This document shows positions 48,385-62,105 of a DNA stretch of 64,000 nt, one piece after another. The position numbers were made by a program, and so were the translations under genes. The notes beneath the pieces were generated by a model. It did no database searches. It was not told the origin of the DNA and saw nothing but the letters and a program-made list of their open reading frames with translations. The stretch is from Marsupella aquatica. Its lineage: Eukaryota > Plantae > Marchantiophyta. Location: contig OZ316892.1 in NCBI GenBank assembly GCA_973895155.1, positions 28,898,932 through 28,962,931 of the forward strand. The letters run 5' to 3'. Numbering within the stretch: position 1 is the stretch's first letter; each line of letters starts with the position of its first letter.

Positions 48385-48985
48385 TGGAGGACCACTTCTT
48401 CTGAAAATAGACTCCAGACCAAAAATCATTGGAATGAAATTCCATCACCTCAAATCACTGATTGAGCCCAAGTTTGGATATGTTTGGACCACTCTTTGGA
48501 AATGTTTGGACAGCTGCTCAACTGATCTATACTTCTTAATGGGAGTTGTCCCCAAAGCAAAACCTGGTGGGCCCAAGTCACCCAAATTAGTCCAAAATGT
48601 TTATTCCAAAGCACAAATAAATGGGGAAAAAGTGATACTTTTGTCATCCTAGAGCTTAAGGACAGGCAGTTTAACAAAACGAGCACTCCACATCAGCATT
48701 TTCTTGGGCTGCTGCCATGTAGAATTGGTAGACACAATACGTCCACAATGAGCCCCTGAGTTCTGCTAAAGCCAATTGCAGCCACCTCCACTCATTCTAT
48801 AGTCAACAATGAATTGCAGCCATCTCCACTCATTCTATAGTCCCGTAAAAACCATACCACAATGAGCCCGTGAGTTCTTCTAAAGCCAATTGCAACCACC
48901 TCCACTCATTCTATAGTCAACAATGAATTGCAAAGTAGATACAAAGAATCAATGGGCCCCAAGTGTTGTGAAAGTCACCCTAACT
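48385..48985 (+). repeat. Copy 3 of the dispersed family, containing an internal ~115-bp tandem duplication (48743-48932)
   Basis: ccacaatgagccc.tgagttct.ctaaagccaattgca.ccacctccactcattctatagtcaacaatgaattgca occurs twice; the flanks match the 10.6-kb and 42.1-kb copies. Confidence 0.7.
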
Positions 48986-51569
48986 TGGAGAAAGGGTTTT
49001 GGTAGGTAACGCCTTTCAGCTACATGTGACTGGTTCTTCGTTCATTTGGTCAATAAATGGGTTTGCACACACATCTTTTGGGTCCTACCCATGGGAACAT
49101 GGACCCAGGGCCTTCTGTTCTAGGGACTCTCGAACAAGCTCTTGAATGCAAAGAGAGATCCTACTAGAATATGCTTCTGAACCTAAAGATACTGCTCACC
49201 AAACCTTGGTCTATCCCAAGAATTTTGTCCATCCTAAGTTCAAGCATTTTCCCATGTTTGGGAAGATGTGCATTCTGCTCTCTTTTTCTTCATTCCAGTT
49301 CCACTAAGCTTGAAAGCCAACCTGCTTTTGTGTTTAGCAAAGAATTAAACGAATAGGACCAAATTATTAGAAGGGCTTTACAAATTGCAATGGAGTATTA
49401 AAAGCAAAAGGGGTATAGGGAGGACAAACACAAATCTCAAGGAGGACAAACACAAATCTCAAGGGGTAAATGCAAATGCATTCTTGAGGCCATTAATGAG
49501 CCTCCCAGTAGTAGCTCCGTGCTGCTCTATATCTGCATCAGCTGTCTCCAAATTTTCTTTTAAGTGTAATTAGATGTGAATGAACCCTACTTCTGGGTGG
49601 ATGAGTGTTAAAAGAAAACTGTCACTGACAGGATTTGAGCCCAAGACCTGCCCTGCTCCTGCTACCATTCAGCCTGGGTGCACTTGACAATCATATATTC
49701 TTGGACCTATTATTTAAGCTAATTCTTGGTCAAGCAAAGCCAAGCAAAGCCAAGCAAAGGCCCCAGCCTCCGTAATTGCAGAGACTAATCAGCATTGACT
49801 AGCCTGAAGAATATATTTGTCCTTCATCAATTGCAACCCCAGAAAACCTAGAAAAGAAGAAAATACATATCAGATGAACATCTACCACTGCAAATGGTAG
49901 GTAAATGTGTGTCACAAAGTCTGTAGTATACACATTTGGAAACCTTGACAGAAGGGAGAATTGCAAGCTCATCAGTTATCAGTCACTCCCAGCAATCATT
50001 TGTGAGTGGTATGTTCCTACTCAGCAATGCCGCCTAGGTCACTCGGTGGGACTGCCAAGACAGTTGAAGAAGTGACTTAGCGAGGCCAGCCGACTGAGTT
50101 GAAATTTTCCAGCTCAGATGGCCACTGACAGCAAAAAATGATAATCCAATTGATGCTCAAGTTTGATGAGGCCACCGAGCTTCATTGACATGGGTGACTG
50201 ATAATAACTAACAGGGTTAGCAACCTCAACAAAGGGAAAAGAATAAATCATGAAAAAGAGAGAAATAGTTCTAGAGAGAGCATAGACATGGACCCCACCT
50301 TAACTTGCTTTGGAGAAGCTATCCCTGGCTGATTTGCCCATATAGTGGCTCATTTAGGTTTATCTAAAAAATGTGTGGTAAGGTGGTGTATTGTTTTGAA
50401 AAGATTACAAAAGACAGTTTGGTGCACACTAGTGCTCTGGTTCTTTTGCCTTCCTTAGGGACTTGCGGACTTGGGTTTGGGGATTTTTTACACTTTGGTT
50501 TCCCAAGGTTTTCTACTTGTTTTCTCCCCTTTTATTGGGTCATCTACCTTTGGGATCCTGCCTCCCAGTTTTCAAACTTTTTGATTGTTAGCAGTCATAT
50601 GTATTTGTGGTGAGCTTATTTTTGCTATACAAGAAGTTAAATTCTTTGCATGCCTTGAAGCTTTCCCTACCAAACCAGAATTGGGAAAAGAGCTTATTCT
50701 GGGTGTCTCGAAGGAAACATAGGAGAATACTTAACTACAGAACATAGTTAGATTTATATCACATCCTATACTAAATCTCTGCTTTTCCAAGGAAATCTCT
50801 GCTTTTTCAAATGCGCTACTTCCTTTCCCTGTAGAAGGAGTACTTTCTTTCCATCCTTTGATGCGCACGTGGTTTATGCCCAATTTACTCAGGCTCTTCC
50901 CAAAGTCCAAGTGCTATAAATGCACACATGCTTATGACCATTTCCCTAGGGCCTCCACAACATAAAAAATGGTGTTGGAAATACCACTCCAAAGCTGTTT
51001 TCAATTTGCCCTGACTCCAAGGCTACGCTAGTCGGAACTTGGCTCACTGTCCTAAGTGGCCGAAAGTTCTTTTTTCCTGCTTCCAAACTTTCACAGGTGG
51101 CCATTGATAACGTCCCCGGCCAAAAGGTTGTCTGAATCCCTAATTTTCCAATATTTTGCATATCCTTAAGCCAAAAACATGAGTTTGGACCCTATTTGAC
51201 AGATAACTCAGTTTTCCAGGGCAGTTTGTTTCATGTTACCTTTTTTCTGGCTATGGTGTCTGGAATTTCAACACACCCACACTGTTTTCCGCTATCAGTG
51301 TTACTCACACTAATTCTGGTGAAGCAAACTTTTGGCTAGACAAATGAGTAGATTAAGTAAAAACTTTAAATGCATTTTGAACAATTTTATTTTTTCACTA
51401 ATGCTAACAGGTTAACACTAATAGCTGTGAAGGGTGTAATACACTTGATCTCCAATACACTACTGTAGAGAGGAAACTTTCAAAAGTAAGACTTCCTCCT
51501 CTTGACCCTCCCATGCTGTTTTACTCTTACCTTTATCAGACTTTTCAGTTTGTTTCTCAGGAAGGCTTT

Positions 51570-51810
51570 AGTTCCTTTGCCTTTGTTGGGATTCTCTGGC
51601 TCTTTGACCTTTCTGAGTTTTCCCCGTGATTTCTCTCCTTTATTGGGTCTCCTACCTTTGGGATTCTCTGGCTTTCTGGCTCTTTGACCTTCTTGAGCTT
51701 TCCCTTGATTTCTCTCATTTATTGGGTCTCTTGCCTTTAGGATTCTCCTGGGGATCCTATTTCCGGGTTTGACATTTTTTGTTCTTCGGCAAGGTTCTAT
51801 ATATCTATGC
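51570..51810 (+). repeat. Pyrimidine-rich ~80-bp tandem unit belonging to a dispersed short repeat family
   Basis: gggattctctggct...ttgacctt.t.gag.tttcc..tgatttctctc.tttattgggtctc.t.ccttt is repeated; relatives lie at ~4695, ~50520, ~55520 (inverted) and ~62555. Confidence 0.75.
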
Positions 51811-54800
51811 TGCATAGATGTCCCCGAAGCAATTATAAATTCTAGAGTGGAGGGACTCAGTCTCCTGTCCTAGCAATAATATCTGCTGGTGGATCGGTCT
51901 TTGAATTGAGATTGACTCCACCATACTTTCCACATCTTCGTGTGACTTGAGAAAATAATTCTTCTGGTCAGTCACATTCAGATCTCTTGACATTCTTTTG
52001 TCCCCCATTTGTCAATGTCCTTGCTTCCAGTCTTTTGGGGGTCACCATATAATTTTTTTCAGTTAACAACTTTTCTCAGTCTACTTTTTCCCCCAAGCTT
52101 ACTTTCTCCATAAGTTAAAATAGGACAGCATTAGAACGAACATGCTATAATACCTACCCGTGAGATCTGCTCACCGACTACTCACCAGACAACATCATTT
52201 TCCAGGGTATTTTGCCTTGTATAAACCTTCCCAAGCTCTTGCCTCTAAACTTTATCCTCCTTCCCATTTCTAGCTCTCCATTTTTTGAATATCACATTTT
52301 TGTGCTGGTCGTCAACTTTCATCAATTAATTAAGTTTTGTGCATCTTATGCTCTGCACTTTGTTTGGAAAGTGAAGCCGGGACGGTCCACCAGGATGGAC
52401 ACAAATTGGGCTTATATTTTGATGATTATGACTCTTAAAATAATTGTTAGTTTTTCACTGGCAAGGCAACTAGAGACGGAGGAGGCACAGAAAAACACAA
52501 GCCCTAATATTTCATATTAATGCAATGAAATTAATCTAAAAGAAGTTACCCCTCTCTATTCCATGATGAATAATTCAACCAAAATGGCCAAAAAATCAAG
52601 GTCACTTTGATCCAAGTGTAGCTTACCTACTCCTCTAGCACACCCTCAAAACTAAAAAACATTTGAATTTATGAACATCAAATTACTATAATTAAACTCA
52701 AATTTTGGGACATGTGATACATGGGGTTTCAAAGACCAACATTGTGGTCCATGGGAACATCATTTGCTTTTATTAAATTTAAAAATAAAGAGTAAAGTTT
52801 CCCGAACAAACAGAGTGAATGAAGTCATGGCTGAATTTTAAGAGGGGGTAGATTCTACCTACCTCCAGGCACCATTGGGATTAGGTAGGTCTTTTTTATG
52901 TCCTTGCTTGATTACCTTTTCAGGCAGTCTTTTCTGTCAAGAATTGGAAATATACCCTGACAAACTACAGTAGATGTCCCTATTGGATTTTATTGGGCAC
53001 AACTTTGATGTGGATAGAGTGTCACTTTCCTTCGTGAAGCTTTCTTTAAATTACAATAATGGTCCTTTGTTGCTGTCACTCGTTAGATGACTTAACCCTG
53101 GTGAACCACAGAAGATCCTACGGCCTCTGACGGTTCCCATCACCCTCAAAGCAGGGCATGAGGAACACTCACTCTTGGGGACCAAAGAAGGCACTCTGGA
53201 CATAGGGAGGTGAGGGTGGGGCGGAGCACACACAGAAGGAGGAACCCTGCCCTAGAGGACCAGTAGAGGGGCCTGTGCATGAATCTGATCCAGGGCGATG
53301 GAAACGATGGGGTTTTGGGGGGATTGTCGGGGGGGGGGGGTGTTGTTCAATGTGATAATCTCAGGGCTGCAAGATCTCTTGTGGCTAAACTAGGGTTAAG
53401 TGACTTAAGCTGTAACAAAAATACAAAAAGAACATGACATTATAGTAATTAATCTAAGAAATGTTTCAAGTAGTCATATTCCACAGAAAGGTGGCAATGT
53501 AGTCAAATCCAGTAAACTGAAATGATGACCCAATGACAATGAAGCATGCAACCCCATGGACTGTGACACCTTTTACACCACCCATTGACACCCTTCTCGT
53601 TTAAAAGAGTTTGCAAAAAGCAAAATGTGACCTTCAATATCTCTTTGATATCCAACCAAATAGGCTCTTATGTACTGGGCTCATCTTAAGCCACTTGGAA
53701 AGAGATTTCCAACCAGTCAAAAAATAAAGTTTTCATGAAGAATTGGGAGAGTTGTGAATTTCTGAAAATTACTTCAATCCCTCAATGAACCCCACTTAAT
53801 GACCGTCTCCGTTCTTGCTATATTCACACATAGGAGTAATAAGTTCTATATGAGAAGAAAAGAGCTGTTGCTCCAGTCCATCCGGAATGTCTATTGGACC
53901 ATTTTGGCCAACTTGGAGGTCCATCCAGGCTTCCATTTCTGGGTTTACTTTATTCTTATTTTTATTTTTTGGAAGGTGGGGAAGGGAAACTCCCCAAGAC
54001 TCTTCATTGATGATTTTCCAAGAGAAAAGTTAGGAAACAGCTTGTAGTAATACATAGCACAAGAAGCTGATATCATTGAATTTTTTGGAGAAAGCATCTT
54101 TGAACAATTCATTTCAGACCCCACCAGTGGGAATACGCATCAATGGACGTTTGGTATCATGCAAGGTATCATTGATGGATAATAATAGTCTCCAGGATCA
54201 ACAATGTTCTGAATGTTGGAAAGTGGACATGCAGTTACATTTATGTGATGAAACAAGTTTCATGTAGATGTAGTGCATTTATGGGATAGGATCTTAAAAT
54301 CCTTCCAAACAGGAGTTATCAACGGGGCTTTGCTATTGAAGGTGCATTTATGGCTGTCATTGTGTTGGTCAAGATCAGGTTCTCAAATCAGCTGGAAAAA
54401 TGTCACAGATTTGTTAAAACACATCAATAGCCCAAATGGGAGGTGCCAGTGCAAATGCTCTTAGTAGAGAGCTTTTACTCTTGAATAAACAGTACTTCCA
54501 TAGCTCCTCACAGTTTTGGAGTTTTCTCTTACTCAATTCTCTCTTCTTGGTTTTTGGGGTTTCCATTTGCCCCCTCCTACTCTCTGGGCCTCTTCTGCTT
54601 TTACTCCATTTTACTTTGATGGCTACTTTGTAGTACATCTGTCCTTTTCATTCTCACAAAACTTCAATAGTGGTTGTCACATTATTATTGGCAGTCAGAA
54701 TGTATCATAACCTTAGATGGTGGTAGGTAACTTACAGTAGTTGTCATCCATAAATTAGTGTCTTCATAGTCGAGGAAGAACACCAAGTTATGGCCAGAAC

Positions 54801-55263
54801 AAACTGCCAGGTCTGGCTCATACTTGACGTTCTTTCTACTTAGAGATATGGACTTTGGTGGTCACAATGATGAAAACCATTTCAAGTAACTTATTCATCC
54901 ACTACAATGTGGAGGTTTAGCTCAAAGATTTATGTGCAGAGCTGAGATTCTTAGTAATTTGAGTTAAGTAATAGGTCAACAACAACTTCCTATTGGAGTC
55001 CAATAGTAAGGGAGCCTGAGAGGCATGATTTTGTGATAATTCATTTGAGTAGAGACTGATAGGTCTTGGGTTCATTATTGTGGCTGTCTCTTCCCTTTCT
55101 GTGGGGTTTCACAGATTTCCCTGAAAATTTAAAAATAAAAAAATTTAAAAATAGTAAGGGAGTCTCAATCCTCTAGCAATGTGGCACACAGGTTCAATCT
55201 GGTCATAAAAGCTGACCATAACTATTATGGTAGTCAGGTCAAATTTTGTTTGTTTGTTTGTGC

Positions 55264-55805
55264 TGCATATGATGCTTCCCCTATGACCATATCTTATGGA
55301 TGTCTGTTAAGGAAAAATACTTGGCATATGAAGCTTCCCTATGACCATGTCTTATGGATGTCTGTTAAAAAAAAAAGAGTAGCGGAACGCTGATTGCTAA
55401 GTCCATAAAGATTGTATCCATAACCCATTTACTTGGCCATATCTTATGAATGTCTGTCAAGAACAATCAGTTCCTATATATATCACACTGCCAAAAAGGC
55501 AGGATTGCCAAATCGGGAGACATGATCCCAAAGGCAAAAGAACCCAATAAAGGGGAGAAGGGAAAGACCCCAAGAATACCAAAGAGGCCAACAACTCAAG
55601 GAAAAAAAGAAAGTCAAGGAGTATCCCACAAAAACAAAAAAAAACTAACAAGCAACTAACAAACAAAAAACCCTACTGGGCAGTAAACTGAAAGGCCTGG
55701 TAGAACTATGGAGTAAATCACATAGGAGGGGTCAAGGAGTGAGCCTGTCCAGAGGTTCCTACTTGGCCATATCTTATGGATGTCTACCTAAGAACAAATA
55801 GTTCT
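55264..55805. repeat. Local repeats of 'ccatatcttatggatgtct' (4 copies)
   Basis: Copies at ~55287, 55346, 55437 and 55767, the first two in a ~60-bp tandem. Confidence 0.75.
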
Positions 55806-56987
55806 GGGACAATGATTTCGAAGTCAAGAAAAATTGTGTCTGTAACCCATCATTTACGAGTTAACAACTACAAACTTTGGAACTTTGGAGACTTGCAATT
55901 ATGTTTCACATGGAGTCACAGAATTTGTTCACAGTTCCAAACGCAACACCTCGATGAAAGCTTATTCATGGGAGGCTTTAAAATCTCGCCACAAACGGAG
56001 GAGCAGGCCAGAGCAACACAGTGTTACCTTTCCAATTTGACCGAAAGGCCTGCAGGGTCAGAATGATGCGCGCCAGGCAGAAACGAGTGTCGGTCGGATG
56101 TAATGAGACTCAATTATCAGCTGCCAGGCCAGACAGGGTGGCGCAGAGCAACAGACTCCTCCATCATACGGTGCAGGGGCAGAGAGAGGCCAGCCACAGC
56201 GTAAAGGCTCTCTCATTCGGACGGTGCCGAGCAAGCACTGCAACAGTGCGCGGCCAGGGAAGGGGACTTTCCCGTCCTTTCTCCTGGTCACTGAAGGCCT
56301 GAAAAGGTCGCTGGCCTTTGGCCCAGTTTCGGATGTTATGGCTATTGTAATCATTTAAGCATGCAGATGTCACAAGAATTGCAGAAGGAACTGCTACATT
56401 TGAGAAAGCGAAATTCATCAGTGCTTGTACTAGAAGAAATTTATGCCAAGCTGGTGCTGTAGTAAGGAGAATCTATTGTTGGGGCCTGCAATTGGACGAG
56501 GTTGCGGTCCACACATGTGCTTTGCTAGAGGTGTAACTCCATGAGAGGAAGCGAAGAAGATCGAGTCGGAGTGAAATGTCCAGCTTTTCTGATTCGTGCA
56601 AGGACAGAAGAAGGTATGAGGCCTAGAAATCAAAGCCACTGGATAAGACTCTTTCAGCCTAGGTTTCCTGATAGGGACCAGTGGTGATGACAACTACTCC
56701 CAAGTCAGAAAATCAGATAGAAAGACCAATAGTTCTTTCCGGATGGGATGCCCCAAGATACTTCCATTGTTAGAATTCCTTCTCTTTAATGCCAGGGCGT
56801 TTGGTGTTTATCGATTTACGTTTATTGATCGCGACCTTTAACTCATACTAACCTTCCAAGACGAATGCTGGTGAGGTGAGTCAGCATATCGACAATTGAA
56901 TCCAGCAAACGGGAACAAGCCAGTAAAGGTGTTGGGCAACAATGGGCCCCTGCTAAAAAAATATTTGTACAGAAGTGCGGTAGACAA

Positions 56988-59900
56988 TCATGGTAAACTG
57001 AGAGAATACTGCAGTTTGTATTTTCTCAACCACTCTTGACCCTTCTCATCATACTCTTCTTTCGAGATGACGGACTTACTGAAAGCTTCTGAAGCTGCAT
57101 AAAAGGAGGCCCCTCGCCAGGCGTCCATGGAAGGGTCAGATGCCCGGACTGCATTAATAGTTGACCCATACGGTCTTTTGGATTTCAACTCGGTAACGAG
57201 TCTCACATCCATCCCTTTGAAAAGGCTACTCCCACCAGTGAGAAGGATGCTACCTTGCACCACTGGTTCATAATAGTCCTCAGGCAACCTTCTCAAAGAT
57301 GCTCCCACCATCTCCCCCACCCCAACCTGATCTATCCCTACCATCGCAGGCTGCATCAATATTTCAGCGCAACGAATGCGCTCTACCCCTAATGGTATAC
57401 GGAAATCCTCAGCTGTCAAGATCCGTTTCGGTGCGTCAGCTGAAGTAGCTTGTGATCCCGGAGCAGCACTTACCGTTGGCACAAAAGTTGGATCTATTTC
57501 CTGTAACACACAATTCACAGGAGATTCCAATTCACTTGACTCGATTAGTTACTTCGCGGTCAGCTTTCATTAAACGTGCTGCAAGTTTATCTGAACTTCA
57601 AAACGTTTCGCATTGACAAGTTCGCTTTAAGAACCACTCTGAGCAATCATCGAGTCATTACTCTTACCTTGAGTCTTTCTTCAATTCTTACAAGTTCCGC
57701 CTCATCCTCTTCAGCATCCTCATCGTCTTCGCCATCCTTTCCCATGCGCTTATAAAGCTGCCAGTCCTCATCCCTCATCCCAAATGTATCTTCCTCCTTC
57801 CCCCGATCAAAGGCAGCAGTAGTTAACAGCCTCATGCGCTCCTTCTGAGCTGCAGTCAGCCTTTCACCGCGACCTCCAAGCCCAAGGCTGCCAGGTGCTC
57901 CGCCAGGTGCTCCACCATTTGAAGAGGAAAGCGCACCACTTTTCCTCCGTTTGTGCTTACGCTGCTCAGCCCGCGCTGTAAGATCTGAATGTCGAGTTCG
58001 GAGCTCTTCCAAATACTGCTCGGGATTCTCCCTAAAAAGTAGCACACCTCGCATGATAAATCTCTTTCAACAGCAAAGATATCTAAAATTACCTATACAC
58101 TACGCCTATATCAATAAATGAGTTCCATTACAAATCAGGGAAGAAGATGAAGCAACTTTGACAAAGCTCAAGATGAATTGGACAAATAATTAGATCACAT
58201 ACAAGCGGCGTTCCTCATCTAGCTGCTGTATGCGCTCCCGCACCACACTTTCTTCTTGTCGCTTGAGCTTTGCACGGGCCCGTCCTTCAGATGTCATCTT
58301 TAAGAACCTTTGTCTCTTTTTCTCCTTGAGCTGCACATATTTAAAACCAAAAAAGTGGGAGAATCAGGAAACAGCAAAAGTAATCAACACTAAAGTACAC
58401 ACAGGCTTATTGCCTAAAGACACACTCGCACATATCTGGGAAAACTTAAAGACACCTACTGCATGTCTAGGATCTGGTCCATTTGATCATGTGACATACA
58501 GACTGCTTCATCCGAATCTGTTATTCAATTTCAGATGCCCCCAATCGATCTTTCAAAAAGTTAGGACCGCGCTTAAACTCACAGATAAGACTGTACAATT
58601 CAGAGTATTGAGGAAATCCCAGCAAGCATAGATTGCACCATAAGGTTACCCAGATACATTTGAAGTAAATAAGTTGTTTTCTAAGACCTCGCTCACTAAG
58701 CTGACATCCGATTATTTTACAAAAGAGGACTGCAAGTATAATTCATTGGTTGGAGCCATATGTGCACACCTGCTCGGCAGTAAGGAGGCTGTTTGGAATA
58801 TCAAGCAGAGGGTATTTCTCTGCTGTATCTTCAACTTTCTCTACCTCAGGCTGCACAACTTCTCCTTTGGCCTTTCGCAAAGACACTGAGGCCTTTGACA
58901 GAGTACTTTGTATTTCCTCACGCGAAAGGAACCCACTTTCTGCAAGAATAGAGTCAAAGTTTTCCTCATCCGCACCATCTAAGTTTTGTAACAACTGCTC
59001 CAGTCCCTGGACTTCCGTTTCTAGATCTGCGATTTTTGCAGATCTTTTTGCAGCAGCCATTTCCCGTAAGCGCTGACCCTGCTTTTGCTTGATTGCTGCC
59101 TTCCTAGCAAGTTCCTCTTCAGTCTCTGGTTCTTTCTCTGGAGGAGGTGGTACCCAAGGCAACTGCCACCGAAAGACCTTCTCCTCTGCTTCTTGGCCAC
59201 CTTTCTGATGACACAATCCATTCACAACAGTTAACCCAAACAAGTCTCCAGCCCGCTCTCCCAATTCAGATCAAGCCCAGCAGTGCAGCCAATAACGTGA
59301 GGTAAGCAACTGTAGGTATTGTTCTTTCCAGTAGCGAATCAAATAACGACTCCTAAATTAAACAGCAAACATTATTGCTGTCACTACGTCAGAAGATTGT
59401 CAGTTATCAGGACCTGAAAAACGGTTAACTCGGAGAGGTAATCGTCGGCAATGTAGCACTGCTCTTGCTTGACTTCTTCAACTTTATCCCAACCTAAGCT
59501 ACTCCTGTTGCACGAAGCCACAGAAGTCTTAGCAAGGATCGTAGAAATCTTAAGTCAGATTGCTTTTGTTAGATATGCAAGCCGCAATGGACGGGACAAA
59601 ACGAGGGATACTTACAAATGTTGAGGGTAATGCAGAGAGAGATAGCGCTTGAAAAAATCCGTGACGTGGTAGCCTCCTACTGGGGTTCTGACGGCGGATT
59701 CAAGAACTGGCTCTGCACCAAAAATCTGCTCGACGTCCAACAAAACAAATATGAAAATCTTTAGCAGCTCATACAGACAGCAGAGGGCAATGCTGAATAT
59801 CACGCCAAGAAAACTATAGAATGCCTATCAAAAACGGGCCCTGCAACAATAAAGTTTGGACGTATACGATTGTGACCGACAAACACAATATGACAAATGA

Positions 59901-61820
59901 TTTGTCCCAACTGCCGTGACCATCCCAGACAAACAGCACAACCTCGCTTCAGCAAAAGAGGAATATGTTACATCAATGCCAACTTACCGGGATCACATGG
60001 GTGGCCATATGACCAGCGCATACTACCAACCCATCTGCTTCGCAATTCCCTTGACTATGGTTGTATAAATAACTAAAGACTCCATCAATACCAAAGGCTG
60101 CCACAGAGAAAGGAACTTTTATGAGCATTCCTGTCGTTCAAAATGTAGCAGAATAATCAGAGAACATCGTGGTGGAGAAGTCGATCTGCTAAAAACCATG
60201 CAAATCGTATGAAACGAGGGTTTCATTGTGAGAGAACTGCAGATGACTACTCACCCACTGAAGGGACACCATAAGCTTCGAAGAGGAGTTCTGCCATTTT
60301 GCTACGGCAATAGGAGGGGTTACAAGGACACTCCGTCATAAGCACTGGATGTTCCACCTGCCCTGCCACAGATCATTGACGTCCTTTCAACTTGCAGCTT
60401 GAAGGTTGCACATTAAGACTGGCTAAAAGGGCACTTTTCTACTAATGGGGCAGCACAGGCACTTCTGGGCAACGAAACAGCCATCAAAGCTAGAAGGACA
60501 CCTACGCTTATGTCTACACCCCCAGCTTGAATGTTTTGAGAGGATTACTATACTTTGATTTAAGAGTACATGCGGACACGAACACTCTACACAACTTCTT
60601 CGCAGGAAGCGTCTTCCATGGTAACCATAAAAGATGACTTTGTTACCCAAAGAACATCTCATCTCGACAGTATGCATCTTCTAAATCACAAAACCAAAAT
60701 TAAATGATGAACTAGACCATCACCTGCCTCCCTTCAATGCCCATCCTCTCCAAGGCATAGTCTAGAATCTGCCAAACAAATGTGACAAAACAATCATGTG
60801 CACATGAGATGAGAGTACAAGCTTCCGAGTTTGTCCCAAACTTTAAATAATCCACAGTTCACAAACTTGACGCATAAAATCTATCAGAGAGTGAGGGACC
60901 TGCCACTTACAGATTCCATAGTCTCGAACTGATAAACAACATTCCCGTCAAACGGTGACTTCAACGCAGCCCGTGTAAAGTCAAATGTCTTCACTAGCGA
61001 TGGATCAAAATCGCCTACTACGCTAACAATCTCTCCTGTGACACATGAACAAGTACAGACTGAAGTGTTCAGAGAAGCGGGTGTTTGAAACACCGAGAAG
61101 GAAGAGTCCTTCTAAAACCCTACTAAACTCCTATGATTATTTAGTGAACAAATACAAAAAAACAATACAGGCTCCTTCCAAGTCCTAGACGACCGGCGGT
61201 GACATGTACATAATGCATATTACTATCTCAACAAATAATAATTCAAAGTTTCGTAATCTGTAACACAATTCCCAGCTATGCCCTTTGTACCCAATACAAA
61301 ACCATCATACTGGAGTTCCGTTTCCTCTAAAACTGCAAGACCAACCCCAACTGAACCAAACTCCAATTAACAAAGGCTAAAGTGAGAAAACCTAAGGAAA
61401 GAATTGGCCCACAACATAGAACGGATTTAGCATTTACCCGAAGCACGGTGACGGGGTTTATTGACAACATTGCGGAATTCAAACCTCGGGCTTGATTCAC
61501 CTGCCCATCTGCATAACCCGAAACGATATCGTCACTTTCGTAGGGTTTTGCAATATGTCGTTATTCAGTTCTCGTACCAGCGAACATAACCATCTACAAT
61601 TCCGCGAAATATGCACAGGAGACCGAAATGGGAACGCAAGTCAGAAACCCCAGTACTCATCCACAAAAAAGCGATGGCATTCATACCCAATCCGGCAGTG
61701 ATAAGAACCGTTGTCGATCACAAGAGGGGTATTCGGCGGTATCAGGTGATAGTCTCGTTGCCTGGGCGGCCTCTTCGACACGAACTCTTCGGTATCGGCT
61801 TCTACTTGTTCTGCCGCCAT
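56988..61820 (-). CDS. ARP5: Actin-related protein 5 (INO80 complex subunit), ~12 exons
   Basis: Exons encode PLVIDNGSYHCRIG, FRNVVNKPRHRA, HPVLMTECPCNP...KMAELLFEAYGVPSV, VGGYHVTDFFKRYLSLHYPQH, WQLPWVPPP, DTFGMRDEDWQLYK, LGVERIRCAEILMQP and LLTGGSSLFKGM, including the ARP5-specific charged insertion. Introns are GT-AG. Confidence 0.92.
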
Positions 61821-62105
61821 CGTCGTCAATTGAAGGCGCACTTTTTCCACAAGAATTCCGAACACGTACCCATCAACAAGATGAGGTGAAATTCATCGAC
61901 AAGTGCAGGGAGAGGCGTGAGAAGGCAATGTGATTATATATTTGCGTTGGGTCCTCGACCAGCAGTGACCTCGTCGAGCTGTTTAGGGCTGCCTCCATCT
62001 TCGATTCTTCATGAGCGAAATTCTCAACGCTCAGAAAGGGCCCCAGGTTCCATTGACGCACTGCTGCGCTCTGTGCCGTAGTGCGATGTGCATAATAAAT
62101 AATAA

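Noticed and set aside
51480-51815. Lys/Arg-rich 111-aa ORF with repeats
   Set aside because: Translation of the pyrimidine-rich dispersed repeat.
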